NCBI GenBank assembly: GCA_008636045.1
Contig: SNRW01000007.1
Location: 1 to 49,897 of the forward strand
Direction of reading: 5' to 3'
DNA: 49,897 nt
From: Streblomastix strix
Lineage: Eukaryota
In this document: piece by piece, positions 11,852-24,637 of the stretch
Numbering within the stretch: position 1 is the stretch's first letter
How the letters are laid out: the number at the start of each line of letters is the position of its first letter
Position numbers and translations under genes: made by a program
Notes under the pieces: model-generated
Told to the model about the DNA's origin: nothing
The model's input: the letters and a program-made list of their open reading frames with translations, nothing else
The model's database searches: none

Positions 11852-11892
11852 ATATATATTATTATCATTAGTTGCAGGTTCAAATAAAAGAG

Positions 11893-12680
11893 TTTCAATT
11901 ACTGTTCAGCTAATAATTACTTATAATTCTCAATAATTTCCTTTGGCTAGTCTTTAGGCTATTCAATTTCATTATCCAAATCAAATTCTTCTCTTAAAAT
12001 ATCATTAAATGTTTATAGTTACTCATAAAGCTAATGTATCTAGTTAGTGATTTATTATTATGCTTGCAACATTTATTACATGCGCTATCTTTGACCACTT
12101 TCATCATATTTTTATATATAATTAGCTCTGTACTTATCAGGATTGAATACATCTTCATCATAAATATTGTCAGACAAGCTCAATTTATTTATAATATGAT
12201 TAATATTTTTGGCTGATTTTAGTTTTTTTCATTAGTTTCATTAATGTTCAACTATTATTATGAATTCATCAATACTTATAATTAATTATGGTAACTGTTA
12301 ATCATTATTCAACTATTATTACTATTCATTAACTTCTTCAGTTATTGGCTATAAATTGGTTACTGTTATTGTTCATTAATGATCAACTATTATTGCAATT
12401 CATTAACTGTTTCTATTATTGGCTATAATTAGGGTTTTTGTTATTGTTCAACGAATTCTAATTTTTATTACTGTTAGTCATTTCTTTCAGCAACAAATTG
12501 ATTTACAAATGCAACTATTTCAGATATAATAGTTATGTGGTCTTAGTAATGTAATCATTATAATTCATTAGTTAACATATTTCTTAATTCAACTACTGTA
12601 TGATTGCGTTGGTATACAACTTATAATTGATCTAGTAAATTTTAAATCTATGTTTTATTCATTCGATACTTCTCCAACAT
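11893..12680 (-). pseudogene. N-terminal fragment of a second PolB-type ORF
   Basis: ESGQRQRMQQMLQAQQQITNQIHQLYEQLQTFNDILREEFDL aligns with ESGRRQRTQQLIQAQQQITNQIHQLQESLQTINNILREKFDL at ~9590-9720; ATG 12680; in-frame TGA 12555-12557; truncated near 11893. Confidence 0.78.
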
Positions 12681-12750
12681 TTTATGATAAGATAAAAAAT
12701 AAGTTTTTTGTTAGAATTTGCCGCAGTTTAGTATTTTTATTTTTTAATAA

Positions 12751-13080
12751 ATGACATAAGAATGGTAGTCGTTATTAACGTAAATTCCATCAATCAAATC
12801 AATTAAAGAAAAGCATTAATTTGTAGAAAAGAATTATGAATTGATATCTAAAGCAAAAGCGTTCACATTGAATAAATACATGACAATATCATTATTTAAA
12901 TTTTATTATAAAAATAATCGATTAGATGTTTATCATATAACAGAACATAAATTATACCATTGCAAGCAAGTTGAATTATTGCAATAGACAGCTAATTAAC
13001 TTAGTGATTAGAATGAAGATATTAATGAAAATTCTGGTGGATTATATATTATTTTTATCCATAATATTTTTAATTATTGA
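12751..13080 (+). CDS. 109-aa ORF2-like protein of the second element
   Basis: Open ATG 12751 to TGA 13078-13080 (MTQEWQSLLTQIPSIKSIKEKHQFVEKNYELISKAKAFTLNKYMTISLFKFYYKNNRLDVYH...); syntenic with ORF2 and has a similar hydrophobic pattern by eye. Confidence 0.55.
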
Positions 13081-13857
13081 TACTTAAAGTACACACGTAT
13101 TTGAAAATATTTGAAAAAATTTGATAATTTATTTCATACTATTTTTATACACAACCCTACAGCACTATCCTAATTGCTATTCATATTAATGATGTATGTA
13201 GTGATATAGACTATACATATAAGTAATTGATATAATTAGTCTATTAGTTAGTGAAGAAATTAACAGTTAAAATTGCTAAATTTTTTTATAAATTTTGAAA
13301 ATAAGACATTTATAATTCAAATCATTTTGAATATTTTTGATCTTTTTTTAAATATTAATCCATATCATTTGTGCAATACAGGAATTTAATTGAGCAATAA
13401 TGGAAATTAATTGTTCAATAAAGAAATTTAAATGTTCAATAAAGGAAAAAATAACTACCATAGAATTTAATTATTACTCGATGTCATTATCCTTATATTT
13501 ATTTAATACGTATATAAAAAAATCAGGAGTATATTTCAGTCCAAGTATTTTTCACAATTATTTCAGTTTGCTTTCTACATTAAGAAGTTTGTTAATATAA
13601 AAAGTAAATAATTCAATTAACCAATATATTCAACTATTTTCCAATCTCTGAGCAACTTTAGGAACCAATAGGATTTATTCTGCTGTGAAGCGATGATTAG
13701 GATTCTAGATATAAGAAATTTAATAGAATAAATGTAACTTAAATACTGATTTTAATTTGAAAAAAAAAAAACATTTTAAATAAAACATTCAGAATTGATT
13801 ATGAATAATTTTACACTCATTAATTAATTTATTCGAAATTTAGTAAAATTTATAAAA

Positions 13858-16800
13858 TCAATCACTACTTTCATCTTATTAGTCTTCATTAAGGTCATTT
13901 TCATCTTCCTCTAAATTTGAATCTTCATCTTTATCCATTTCCTTTATTTCATCATTATCAGAACTTTCATTCAATTCTTCTCTTTCTTCACTTATTTCAA
14001 TTTATTTATTTTCATCTTCTTCCTCACTAGTTCCATTTTATATATCATCATCTTCATCATCATCTTCTTCTTCATCATCATCATCATCATCATCTTTTTT
14101 ATTATTATCATCAATATTATCACTATCTTCTTAATTATCTTTTTCATTACTAATGTCTTCATCATCTTCTTCATTCTCAACTTTACCTTCTTTTTCATCA
14201 TCGCTGAAGTCTTCATATAATTTTTTACTTATATCCAATTCTTTCTTCATTGATTTCTTTGCTTTTTTGTCTTTAATTTCAATTTTCTTTATTTTTTTCT
14301 TCTACAAATTTTTAATTTGTTTTGTTTCTTATTCATTCTAGCCATCAATATTGATTACATATAAAGCATTGCTGTTCAAATTAATTTTATTATCTTTTTC
14401 TTTATCATTTCTAAGTTATGTTAAATTCATATATTTTCTTATTTTATTACCATCGTCATCATAATCACCAAAATCATCATTATTATTGAATAAATATTGT
14501 TCAATCAAACTTTTATTATTAACTTCTTTATTATAATCTTTATATATCTCTTATGTATTATTCAATTATTATTATCCAATCTAATTTTCATTCATTTTTT
14601 GCATTATTCTCTGATTATTCTTAATCAATATTTATCCTTCTAATAAATTGAAGGATATTCTGGCCTATTTGATCTGAATGATATTTTGGGTTCTTTCTTT
14701 TATTGATCTCTGGAATGAGAGGATCAGTTGTTTGGATGGAAGATGAAGACGGATGAAATCTGAATATAGGAAAAATAAAATAATATATTTTATATATTAT
14801 ATTTTATGATTGAGAAATGCTAATAAATAATATAAATATATTTATGATATTCAAATTCACACTTCCATGCACTTGTAAAATAATTCGTAACCATCTCAAT
14901 TTCTGAATTAATTACAAATATGATATAATATAATATATAATTTTATAGAAAATTAATTAATTAATTATTATTCATTCATTCATACTTGCTTCATTTACTT
15001 GTATTTCTAAGTTTCATTTTCTTCGATTTAATTCTTTTCATCTTCTTAATTCTCAGTTTAATTGCCTTATTTTTATTTATCAATTATATTTTATTCACAG
15101 AGTATTTTAATGAGAAGATGTATAATATTTGGAGGGAGTGAAGTAATTGTAGCCTATAAATGAATAATAATAATATGGAATATTAGAAAATATTAGTAAT
15201 AGAAAGTATATAATACAATATCTAATGTAATATTTGTTAATATATTAATCATAATTTCAATTCTATTAAAATAATTCAATTATATAAACCAACAAACTTT
15301 AATAACATCACTAGATTACTCATTCAGGATCAGTCTAATTGAATTTGTATTTGATGAAATGAGAGCTTGAGATAAAAGTGTTGAGAGAGACAATGAAGAT
15401 TAATTAATTTATTATTACTATTATTATTATTATATCTCTGATTATTATTATTTTTATTTATTAATTTTTTTTTCATTCTTTTATGATAATGGTGTTATTT
15501 GAGATTATTATTATTATTATACTTGTAATTGAATGATTATTGGAAATAGAGGTTCAGAATGAATCAGTGCTGAATCAGAATATTTAGAAGAAATAAATAT
15601 AAATATAAATAAAAGATAAATAATTTTAACAATATGAATTATTGAATATTAGTAGAAAATTAATCAATTAATATATATTTATATTTATATCTCATTCATA
15701 CATGTTTATTCATTTCCTCTACTTTCATTTTCTAATTTGTTATTCATATCTTTAACTTCCCCATTAAATTCTTATTCTTGTTCATCTTTATCTTATCCTT
15801 CATTCTTTCCTTCTTCGCCACCTATTATATATAATAGTAATAATAATAATATAGAAATTAATAAAATATGACTCAATTAATATATAAATTATAAACTAGT
15901 ATAAAACTAATGATAAAAATTATATAATATAATAAAATGAGCTATTAATATTCATAAACCATATGTTCTAACAACGAATGTTGGGCTTACGAAGTTTCCA
16001 ACCAACATTTTAATCTTATTCCAATGAACAATGAAGTTAGAATTAATAATATTTTATTGCTTATTACTAATCATCTGTGAAATATCAGTTTGAGCAACAA
16101 CAAGTGGCATTATTGATAAGATTCCTATTGCAATAAATATAAAACATATAAATTTGATATAAATGCAATAATAATAATATTATTATTATTAAATAAATAA
16201 ATAAATAAATAATAATAGTTAATATCATAATATAAAAATAATAATTATAATAAATCTATATTAGTAAATAAAATAAATAAATAAATAAATAAATAATAAT
16301 AAATATAAATATAACACCATTAATCATTCCTCTTCCTCCTTTACTCATTATTCCCAATCTCCCTTCAGATGCATATTGTCTGTTAAGCCCTCTTTTCTTG
16401 GCCTAATATTATATATGTTATTATATTGGATGTATATAAGAAATAATGGATGGAATAAATATAATTAAATAAATAATAATATATTATAAAATATTGAATA
16501 TAAGAAATAATGGATGGAATAAATATAATTAAATAAATAATAATATATTATAAAATATTGAATATAAGAAATAATGGATGGAATAAATATAATTAAATAA
16601 ATAATAATATATTATAAAATATTGAATATAAGAAATAATGGATGGAATAAATATAATTAANNNNNNNNNNTAAATAATAATATATTATAAAATATTGAAT
16701 ATAAGAAATAATGGATGGAATAAATATAATTAAATAAATAATAATATATTATAAAATATTGAATATAAGAAATAATGGATGGAATAAATATAATTAATTA

Positions 16801-19339
16801 AATAATAGATATTATAAGCATTTATATTTAAATTAATTAATAAAACCAATTATTATATTTCCACAAATAATAAATAAATAAATTCATACATTCTGATCTA
16901 AAGCAGATATTTCAACTTCTCTTCTCAACTGTCTTCCTCTTTATTTGTTCATTGGAGCCAATTATTAACTTGAATTTGAATGGGACAAAGATTATTATTA
17001 CTTTTATTATTATTGATTGGATTATGAATCATTTGAATTCAAAGGAATAAAAGAAGAATCGGTTGATTATTATTAATATTAATATTATTATATGGAATTT
17101 GATTTCAACTTATTTTCATATATCTGATCATATCTAATTGTGAAATGTGGTGATATTGGTATCAGAGAATGATTGGAAAGTTTATAGTTTGATTAAACCA
17201 ATTATTGTTATTTTTGAGATATAAGTTATAATTATGGTTATTTTGATTATTTTATATTCATATTTTTATTTCCTTTTATATTTCTCCATATGAATACATC
17301 TCCAGATATTCCAAGAATGAACATTGAATATTATGATTAATTATAGATTTTATTACTTTAATTTACAATTTCATCTTCTTACTCTTTTTCTTCATTTTCT
17401 TCTTAATTTTTATCCTTTTTCATTTATTTCTTCTTTTTCTTGGTAATTTTCTTTTGTTCTTTAACAATTAATTTCTGATTAATATTCTCCTTTTCAATAT
17501 TATTTTATTTCTTCTATTTATTTTCATTACTTTTATTCATTTCTATTTATTTGAATATGTGCAATTGATATACTGGAGATGGCGAGAGAAATTCAGATAT
17601 TGGATATTAATATTATAGCTTATTACTAATTTAATCTATTTAATTAAATTAATTTTCACTTTGGACAATTTTTTCAGAATATTATTTATTTAATCTATCT
17701 TTGTTATTATTATTATTACTATATTCACAATTATATTCCCACATGTAAACTGGTGAACTACTTTTGTTAGGATAAGTTGACCCAATCTATTATTAAATAA
17801 TATAATAAGTAAAAGAGAAATATAATAAAATAAGATAATAATAAATAAAACATAATTATTAATAAAATATTTAATAAACAAATCCAAATAATTAATTATA
17901 AATATTAATAAATACTTTTTCTCCAATCTTCAGCATAGTGTGTGAAAGAGGCAATATTGTCTAATTGATGTGGAATGAAGGGAGAAGCAACGATCCAGCA
18001 AATGAGAACTGCAATATTGACTTTTTTGTTTAATTGACTTCCTTATCATTTTTATTTATTTTTATGTTGTTATTCGATTACTTCATATTCTAATTCATTA
18101 TTACTGGTTCCTGTATCCAATACAATTATCCAATTGGAAGTGGAGATGGAGAAAAGAATGTTGCAATTTTCTTCGCTTTATTTTAATTAGAATTATTTTA
18201 ATGAGAAATTGAATGATTTTCATTCAAATTTTCAACATTTCTGTTGTTTTCTTCAGATAAATTGAATTACCACAGTTAAATACAATGTCTGTTTAAATCT
18301 TCATCAACAATTTCATCATATTTATTATTATTCAATCCATCTTTTTCTTTTTCTTAACCTTTCTCTCTTTAATCTTTCTCCAATTAATAATCCACCTCTG
18401 ATTAGTAATTAGAATATGAAGAGAACAATGATGATGAGGATGCAATTGACACCAGAATAAAATATGGTTCTGCGAATATGGCTGAAATAACGAACTACTT
18501 CTGCCCAGAGAGTATTCCTTATAATGTGTGCGTAAACTAAGGGAGAATTGAGAATGTTATGAGTGGTTGAATATATGTGTGTTATTAATCTTATTATTAT
18601 TATTATTATTATTATTATAATTATTATTACTGTTAAAATGATTAACTATGTTATTATTGAAGAGTTTATATAGATGATGATGATTAAATTGGTTATTAAA
18701 TTGGTTATTATAATGAAGATGAAGATTGCTATGATAAGTTGTTATTGTTATTATAGATTGAAACATATCCACTCATTTTAACAATTATTAATGATTTATT
18801 AGTATTTCTTATTTACTAATCAATTTTCTAATTTTAATCATTAATTTATTCATTGTTCTATCTCAATGAAATGATATTGACAACTGGTGATTTATTTATT
18901 GTAGATGAATATGAAGAAGATTCAGAATAAGAAGAAGATTATATTTATTAATGTTTTTGAAGTCCTTCAGAATTTATCAGTGTTGGTGCACCATGATAAT
19001 CAGCAATGTCCCAAATATACACATTTCCTTCACTGTTTCCAGCAGCGAGGCATTTCTGATTTTAATATGAAAATAATGAAATGATAATAAGATAAAATAT
19101 TATGAATAAAAAAGAAATGAAAAGAAATAAATAAATAAAAATTAAAAAATTTGAATATATCAAACATTTCCTTCGCTTTATGAATCTATCCATCTCATAC
19201 ATGTCCAATCTCTAGCTGCATTTGCAATGCGAAGTGTCCGTCTGAGTTTTCCAGTTATTGTGTCCCAAACTTTTATCGATCGGTCGGGTGTAGAAGCAGC
19301 AAAAAGATCTGCTGATTTATTAAAACACGCAAGTGCCAT
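13858..19339 (-). CDS. Multi-exon WD40-repeat protein with Utp12-like C-terminal domain and acidic tail (WDR43/UTP5-like small-subunit processome component)
   Basis: N-terminal MALACFNKSADLFAASTPDRSIKVWDTITGKL...WTCMRW and CLAAGNSEGNVYIWDI; SLSTLLSQALISSNTNSIRLIL (~15325-15395) resembles the Utp12 domain start; D/E-rich tail ends at TGA 13858-13860; GT-AG introns. Not every exon was traced. Confidence 0.7.
16434..16800. repeat. Intronic 64-bp tandem repeat spanning an assembly gap (N x10 at 16661-16670)
   Basis: aaataatggatggaataaatataattaaataaataataatatattataaaatattgaatataag recurs at 16441, 16505, 16569, 16633 and twice after the gap. Confidence 0.92.
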
Positions 19340-19932
19340 AATATATTCTGAAAATCGTATTATGAATAAAATAATTATATAAAAATGTTAAAAAAATAAA
19401 AAAATATAATACGAATGTGACATTAATAGAAAATAGTTGAGCATTTAACCAAAAAAAAATTGTTGATTGTAAATTCAACAGCAATTAATCTATTTTGATA
19501 ATTATTATAGCTTATATGATAAACATAATATAGTTTTATTTTAATGATGATTTTACTCGTATATTTAATTTATTGTTAAATAGAAAAGGCGATTAGAAGT
19601 TTAGAATTTACATTCTTAATCAACAGTTGATATTTATTAAAATAACATCATAAATTAGCAAAATAATTATTTTAGGAATTAAATATTTCAACTTTCAATC
19701 TTTAAAATACTTTTGTCAAAACAGTTCAATTTTCCTTGATAACCACAACACAATCTTAGAATATCTTAATAGCTCCTAATAAAAAAATCAATCAAACATT
19801 CATAAAAATTTTAAAATTGATATAAATATACTTTTATTGATTTTACCAGCTCAAATAATCTAAAAAGTTTATTAAAATGGAAACCTCTTTCAAATACATA
19901 CGCTATATATGTGTAAGTTTCTTTCAGTGATG

Positions 19933-22900
19933 TCAACGATTATTACGTTTGAAGATATTTGATATCAAACTCTTTAATTCATGTCCGATAGTTGTCTCAT
20001 CATCCCATTGATTCCTTTATACCTTCAAATGTGCTTCAATTTCTTCATTAAGACCTTCTGCTTCACTTTATTCTTCTGATTCCTTGAAAAGAACCAGTTG
20101 TGTTGAAGATGATGGTCAATTTGGATCTGTTTCTCCAACTGTATGAAGAAGAGCAATTAGGAAATTGTTTAAGTTATTAAATGCTCTGTAAATCTCATTA
20201 TCATTTTCAACTTCATTTCCACCACAAGATGAAATTGAGAATGAAAGAGCACCTGCATAGAATGATTGACAAAGTTGGAATTTTGCAGTATTATCACCAT
20301 TCATTTGAATATAACTAAGATCTTACCTACTGAAGTTTCTAATGCTAACTATGTCTTTCTCATCATTCTGAAATGAATTTGATCCTAATTTGTAATTGCT
20401 TAACTTTACTAATGAGGAAATCAGATTTGGTGATGTGGATGCTATTTAACAAGCAGTAGAATTGTCTCTGATAAGAATTTAAAGAAGATTTAATGAAGAA
20501 ATAACGACAGTTACTGAAGAGAATGATATTATCAGCTGAGAAAGATGTTAAATAATATTGTGTTTGTCAATGAGGAAATGTTGGAACATGAGTTTGTTTG
20601 AAGCAACTACTGCAAGTGCATTTAATGATGCTGCTTATAACTGTTATATTCCAGGAGATGCTTGAAATGCAAGACGATGTTTGCAAAATAACTCAACTGG
20701 ACAATTGATATGAATTAGATATATTATTCTTTCACAAATTAGTATACCAATATTCTGAGGAATCTTGAATTCATAATAATTATCTTTTATTATAAATTAT
20801 CCAATTGAATCAATTGATTTCACAATTTTCATTATTTATTTATCAAATTTTTCAATTTATTCTTCTGTTCTTATTTATTTAAAATATTCCTTTCTATTAT
20901 TAATTAATTAATCCAAATTATGGACGATATTCTACTACATTACTTTTGAACATGCATCTTCCATTTCTGTTTCAAACGGACCACACTTATTAAGCTATAT
21001 ATATATCTGAGTTAAAAGAACAACAGTATTTGAATATATAATATTATCATCTACTTATTCTTCTTATTCTATTTTATCTATAATTAATTATTCAATCATA
21101 TTAATTAGTCCAGATTCTTCAAAGATATCGAAGAATACATTAATGTGTTATTATTAATCCCCTTTTTCTGATAATTTTTCAATAATATTAAGAAGAATCC
21201 TTTAATATTCAGAAGTGCAGTCTCCAATTCTTTTCAGAATTATATCAATCATCCAAATATCAAATATCTTTATTAATTCATTAATTTCTTTATTCTTTAT
21301 ATCTTCAATTAATTATTATGCTTTTGATTATTTTTCTTATTCGGGTTATAATCTACTTCCAAGAATGTAAGAATCACTTTTATCCTTTATTTTGATGATT
21401 CCTTTTTTCATTTCATCTTTAATTTAATATCCTTCCATCATGTTCAAATATAATTTCATCAATTATTCTGTGATTTCAGAAAAAGGAATATTATCATTTT
21501 CTTTTTCTTCTTATTCTATTTTCTTTTATATTAATTATTCAATCTTCACTAATAGCCTAGATTTTTGAAAGATAATCTAGAATTCATTATCATCATATTA
21601 TTGAATTCCTTTTTCTATTAATTATTTAATAATATTAATAATAATCTTTTCTGATTCAGAAGAGCAATTTCCAATTCGTTTAATAATTAAATTTAGAACC
21701 CTAATATCAAATATTTGTCCAATATCATTTTCTTCGTAATATGCAAAATTAGTGTATAATTCTTCGAGAGTAACAAAACTTTGCAGATTAATCACTTACA
21801 TGCGAAATTTTTCCAGAGAACTATTATAGTCTTCTTCATTTTAACCCCAAAATCTCCTTGGTCTGAATACACCTTGATGTTACCTCCTAAAAAATCCCCT
21901 CTAATATCCCTTATACCCAGGTTATCCTTATCCAAATCTTCTTCTGTAAGGAAGAAATTGTTCTTCATCATCGATCTACTGGTTATCAAAATAATCTCGT
22001 TTCCATTCTGGTTGGATTTCATTTATATCAATATTCCATTATTTATCATCCAAAATCTATGGACAAAAGATCTAATTCTTCTGATCTAAATAATGCAATT
22101 CAATTCTGATTTTTCTTCCATCCAATTCATACCCATTAAGCTGCTATTGAGCTCGATTTGCAGTTTCAAAGTCTTCCATATCAACAAACCCAAAACCACG
22201 AGGTACACCATTAAAAGTTGGAATAGTCGCACATTTTCTGGGAATAATTATTAGAATAAATAAGTATGCACTAATAATATATAAAAATACATAATCCCAA
22301 TTGTCTCAAATAATTTCCCAATCGTCTATGCAGTTGTAAATGTATCTAGATTTCTAATAAATAATCTTGAAGTCATCGATTGAGTTTCACCTAAAAAGAA
22401 AATAAAAAATATTTATGAATATTATTAAATAAATATTTTAATAATGAATATAGAATAAAAGTATGAAACTAATATCATACAATCTGCATTTGAGAGAATT
22501 CTTAATGGAAAATGAAGTATTTCAGTGGGATAATCATCTTATTCTTCTTTCTAATAAAATAAATAAAAAATTAGAAAAATGAATAATGATGATAAATTTA
22601 TTTAAACTTATATTACAATAATTAAAAATTAATAATAATTAAAAAATTATTTTTTCATCTGATTGAACTTCAGTTTCTCTATTATCGAAAGGCGCACTTC
22701 TTCTTTCTAACAATGGTGAACCATCCTATTTATTATTTCTAAATCTTCTGAATCCATCTAGACTTTTATTCTATTTTCTTGTTTGTATTTCTTTATCCAA
22801 CTTTTGGAAATTGTTCTTTTATTCTTTTGATAATTCTACACGAAGTTGCCTTCCTTCCAATTCATACCCATTAAGCTGCTATTGAGCTCGATTTGCAGTT

Positions 22901-23843
22901 TCAAAGTCTTCCATATCAACAAACCCAAAACCGAGAGATGTACCATTAAAAGATGCAATAGTCGCACTTTTTCTAGGAATAATTAATAGAATAAATAAGT
23001 TTGCACTAATAATATATCAACATACACAATCCCTACTGTCTAAAATAGATGTGCTATCGTCTCTGTAGTTGTCATTGAATCTAGATTTCCAATAAATATT
23101 CTTGGTGTCTCTGTTAGAATTTATGTTAAAAAGAAAAAAATTATTTATGAATATTATTAAATAAATATTTTAATAATGAATATAGAATAAAAGTATGAAA
23201 CTAATATCATACAATCTGCATTTGAGAGAATTCTTAATGGAAAATGAAGTATTTCAGTGGGATAATCATCTTATTCTTCTTTCTAATAAAATAAATAAAA
23301 AATTAGAAAAATGAATAATGATGATAAATTTATTTAAACTTATATTACAATAATTAAAAATTAATAATAATTAAAAAATTATTTTTTCATCTGATTGAAC
23401 TTCAGTTTCTCTATTATCGAAAGGCGCACTTCTTCTTTCTAACAATGGTGAACCATCCTATTTATTATTTCTAAATCTTCTGAATCCATCTAGACCTTTA
23501 CTCTAATTCCTTATTTGTATTTCTCCATCCAACTTTTGAAAATTGTTCTTTTATTCTTGTGACAATTATATACGAAGCTGCCTTCCTTCCAATTCATACC
23601 CATTAAGCTGTTATTGGGCTCTATTTGCAGTTTCAAAGTCTTCCATATCAACAAATCCAAAACCGAGGGATGCGTCATTAAAAGTTGCAATATTCGCACT
23701 TTTTCTAGGAATAATTATTAGAATAAATAAGTATGCACTAATAATATATCAACATACACAATCCCTATTGTCTCAAATAATTTCCCAATCGTCTCTGCAC
23801 TTGTCTATGCGTTTAGATTTCCAATAAATAATCTTGATGTCAT
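19933..23843 (-). CDS. Multi-exon protein: three tandem RRM domains, an R/G/F-rich linker and lineage-specific helical domains; in-frame TGA at 20116-20118
   Basis: Each RRM has RNP2 (L/I)FI(G/R)NL and RNP1 (L/R)GFGFVDM, then QQQLNGYEL(E/D)GR. The third RRM runs without a break into a ~2.3-kb frame ending at TGA 19933-19935. Confidence 0.8.
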
Positions 23844-23870
23844 CGATTGTGTTTCACCTAAAAAGAAAAA
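22095..23870. repeat. Tandem ~720-bp exon/intron units carrying the RRM (two full copies and one partial)
   Basis: 22410-22770 and 23135-23495 are nearly identical including introns; RRM exons recur near 22100-22390, 22850-23110 and 23570-23855. Confidence 0.9.
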
Positions 23871-24637
23871 AATTCATATAAATTAGTCAAAAAAGCAGTT
23901 TACAACGTGCTTTTTTCCAATTTTAATAAAAAATTAAGTGAATGGATAATTCTGTTATTTGCTAATTAAATATGATAATTATTTATATTTAATAAGATAA
24001 TTAATATAATTCTGTTTAAATAATGAACTTATTTGAAAAATTATATAAGTATTGCCGAGAAAAAGCGATAAAAATAATAAAATTTTCATTCTAAGATAAA
24101 AATAAATAATTAATAAAATAATATCATCAACTAGCTAAGTATATATTTAAGAAATTTACTATTCCTACTTCAAACCTTATATATACTTCTGTCAATATAA
24201 TTCAATTTCCTTGTCAACAACAGACCAATATTGTAACAGCTTTATTTATTTTGAATGTCGTTTGCTTAATCATAATTTATTAATAAACGTTTATATGTGT
24301 ATTTTTAACTTTAAGCAGAAAAATCAGCAATTTAAATTAATTCGAAATTTTTCTCGTTAATAAATGAAATTAGATGATAATTAAGAAGATTTTTCAAACA
24401 AAAGGCAAATTTTCGAATTTATTTATTTAAATATAACAAACATTACAATATTTTGATATCATAATTAATGTTCTATTTGTTTTTTACTTTTAATTTAATA
24501 CATATAATCACCATGGCGATAACATTTGAGTTTTACTAACATAATTTATTTATTGTTTGTATTTTTGCTATTTCAATAAATATTTAACAATTTATTTCTT
24601 CATTTTTTTGATCTTTATTTGCTTTATTCGTCAGAAA

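Larger units (their letters stand above)
4701..11852 (-). mobile_element. ~7.15-kb TIR-bounded element encoding a protein-primed-type DNA polymerase B and one orphan ORF (Polinton/Maverick-related or linear-plasmid-like)
   Basis: Left end gactgcaccacagggctttaattctgccacgctatttgtaaccataatctccgtgccaaatgactttt matches the reverse complement of the right end (ggctgcatcacagtctactaattctgccgcgctaattgtaaccataatctccataccaaatgactttt) and similarity continues ~190 bp; interior holds the PolB and ORF2. Confidence 0.88.
11893..13380 (-). mobile_element. Truncated, diverged second member of the PolB-element family (right-hand part only)
   Basis: Same order as 9500-11690: PolB N-terminus homologue on minus, divergent small ORF on plus, conserved non-coding block (13059-13345 vs 11104-11390), and TIR-unit remnant ccatatcatttgtgcaataca at ~13359-13380. 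Confidence 0.8.

Noticed and set aside
4701..11852. Canonical complete Polinton/Maverick or casposon
   Set aside because: No integrase, Cas1, capsid, ATPase or adenoviral-type protease motif was recognisable between the TIRs.
3078..11852. Single composite element using the Tc1 transposase as the PolB element's integrase
   Set aside because: Each unit has its own inverted-repeat pair, and the junction is better explained by nesting; it would need repeated co-occurrence in other loci.
16661..16670. Run of N
   Set aside because: Assembly gap inside a tandem repeat, so repeat copy number is unreliable.
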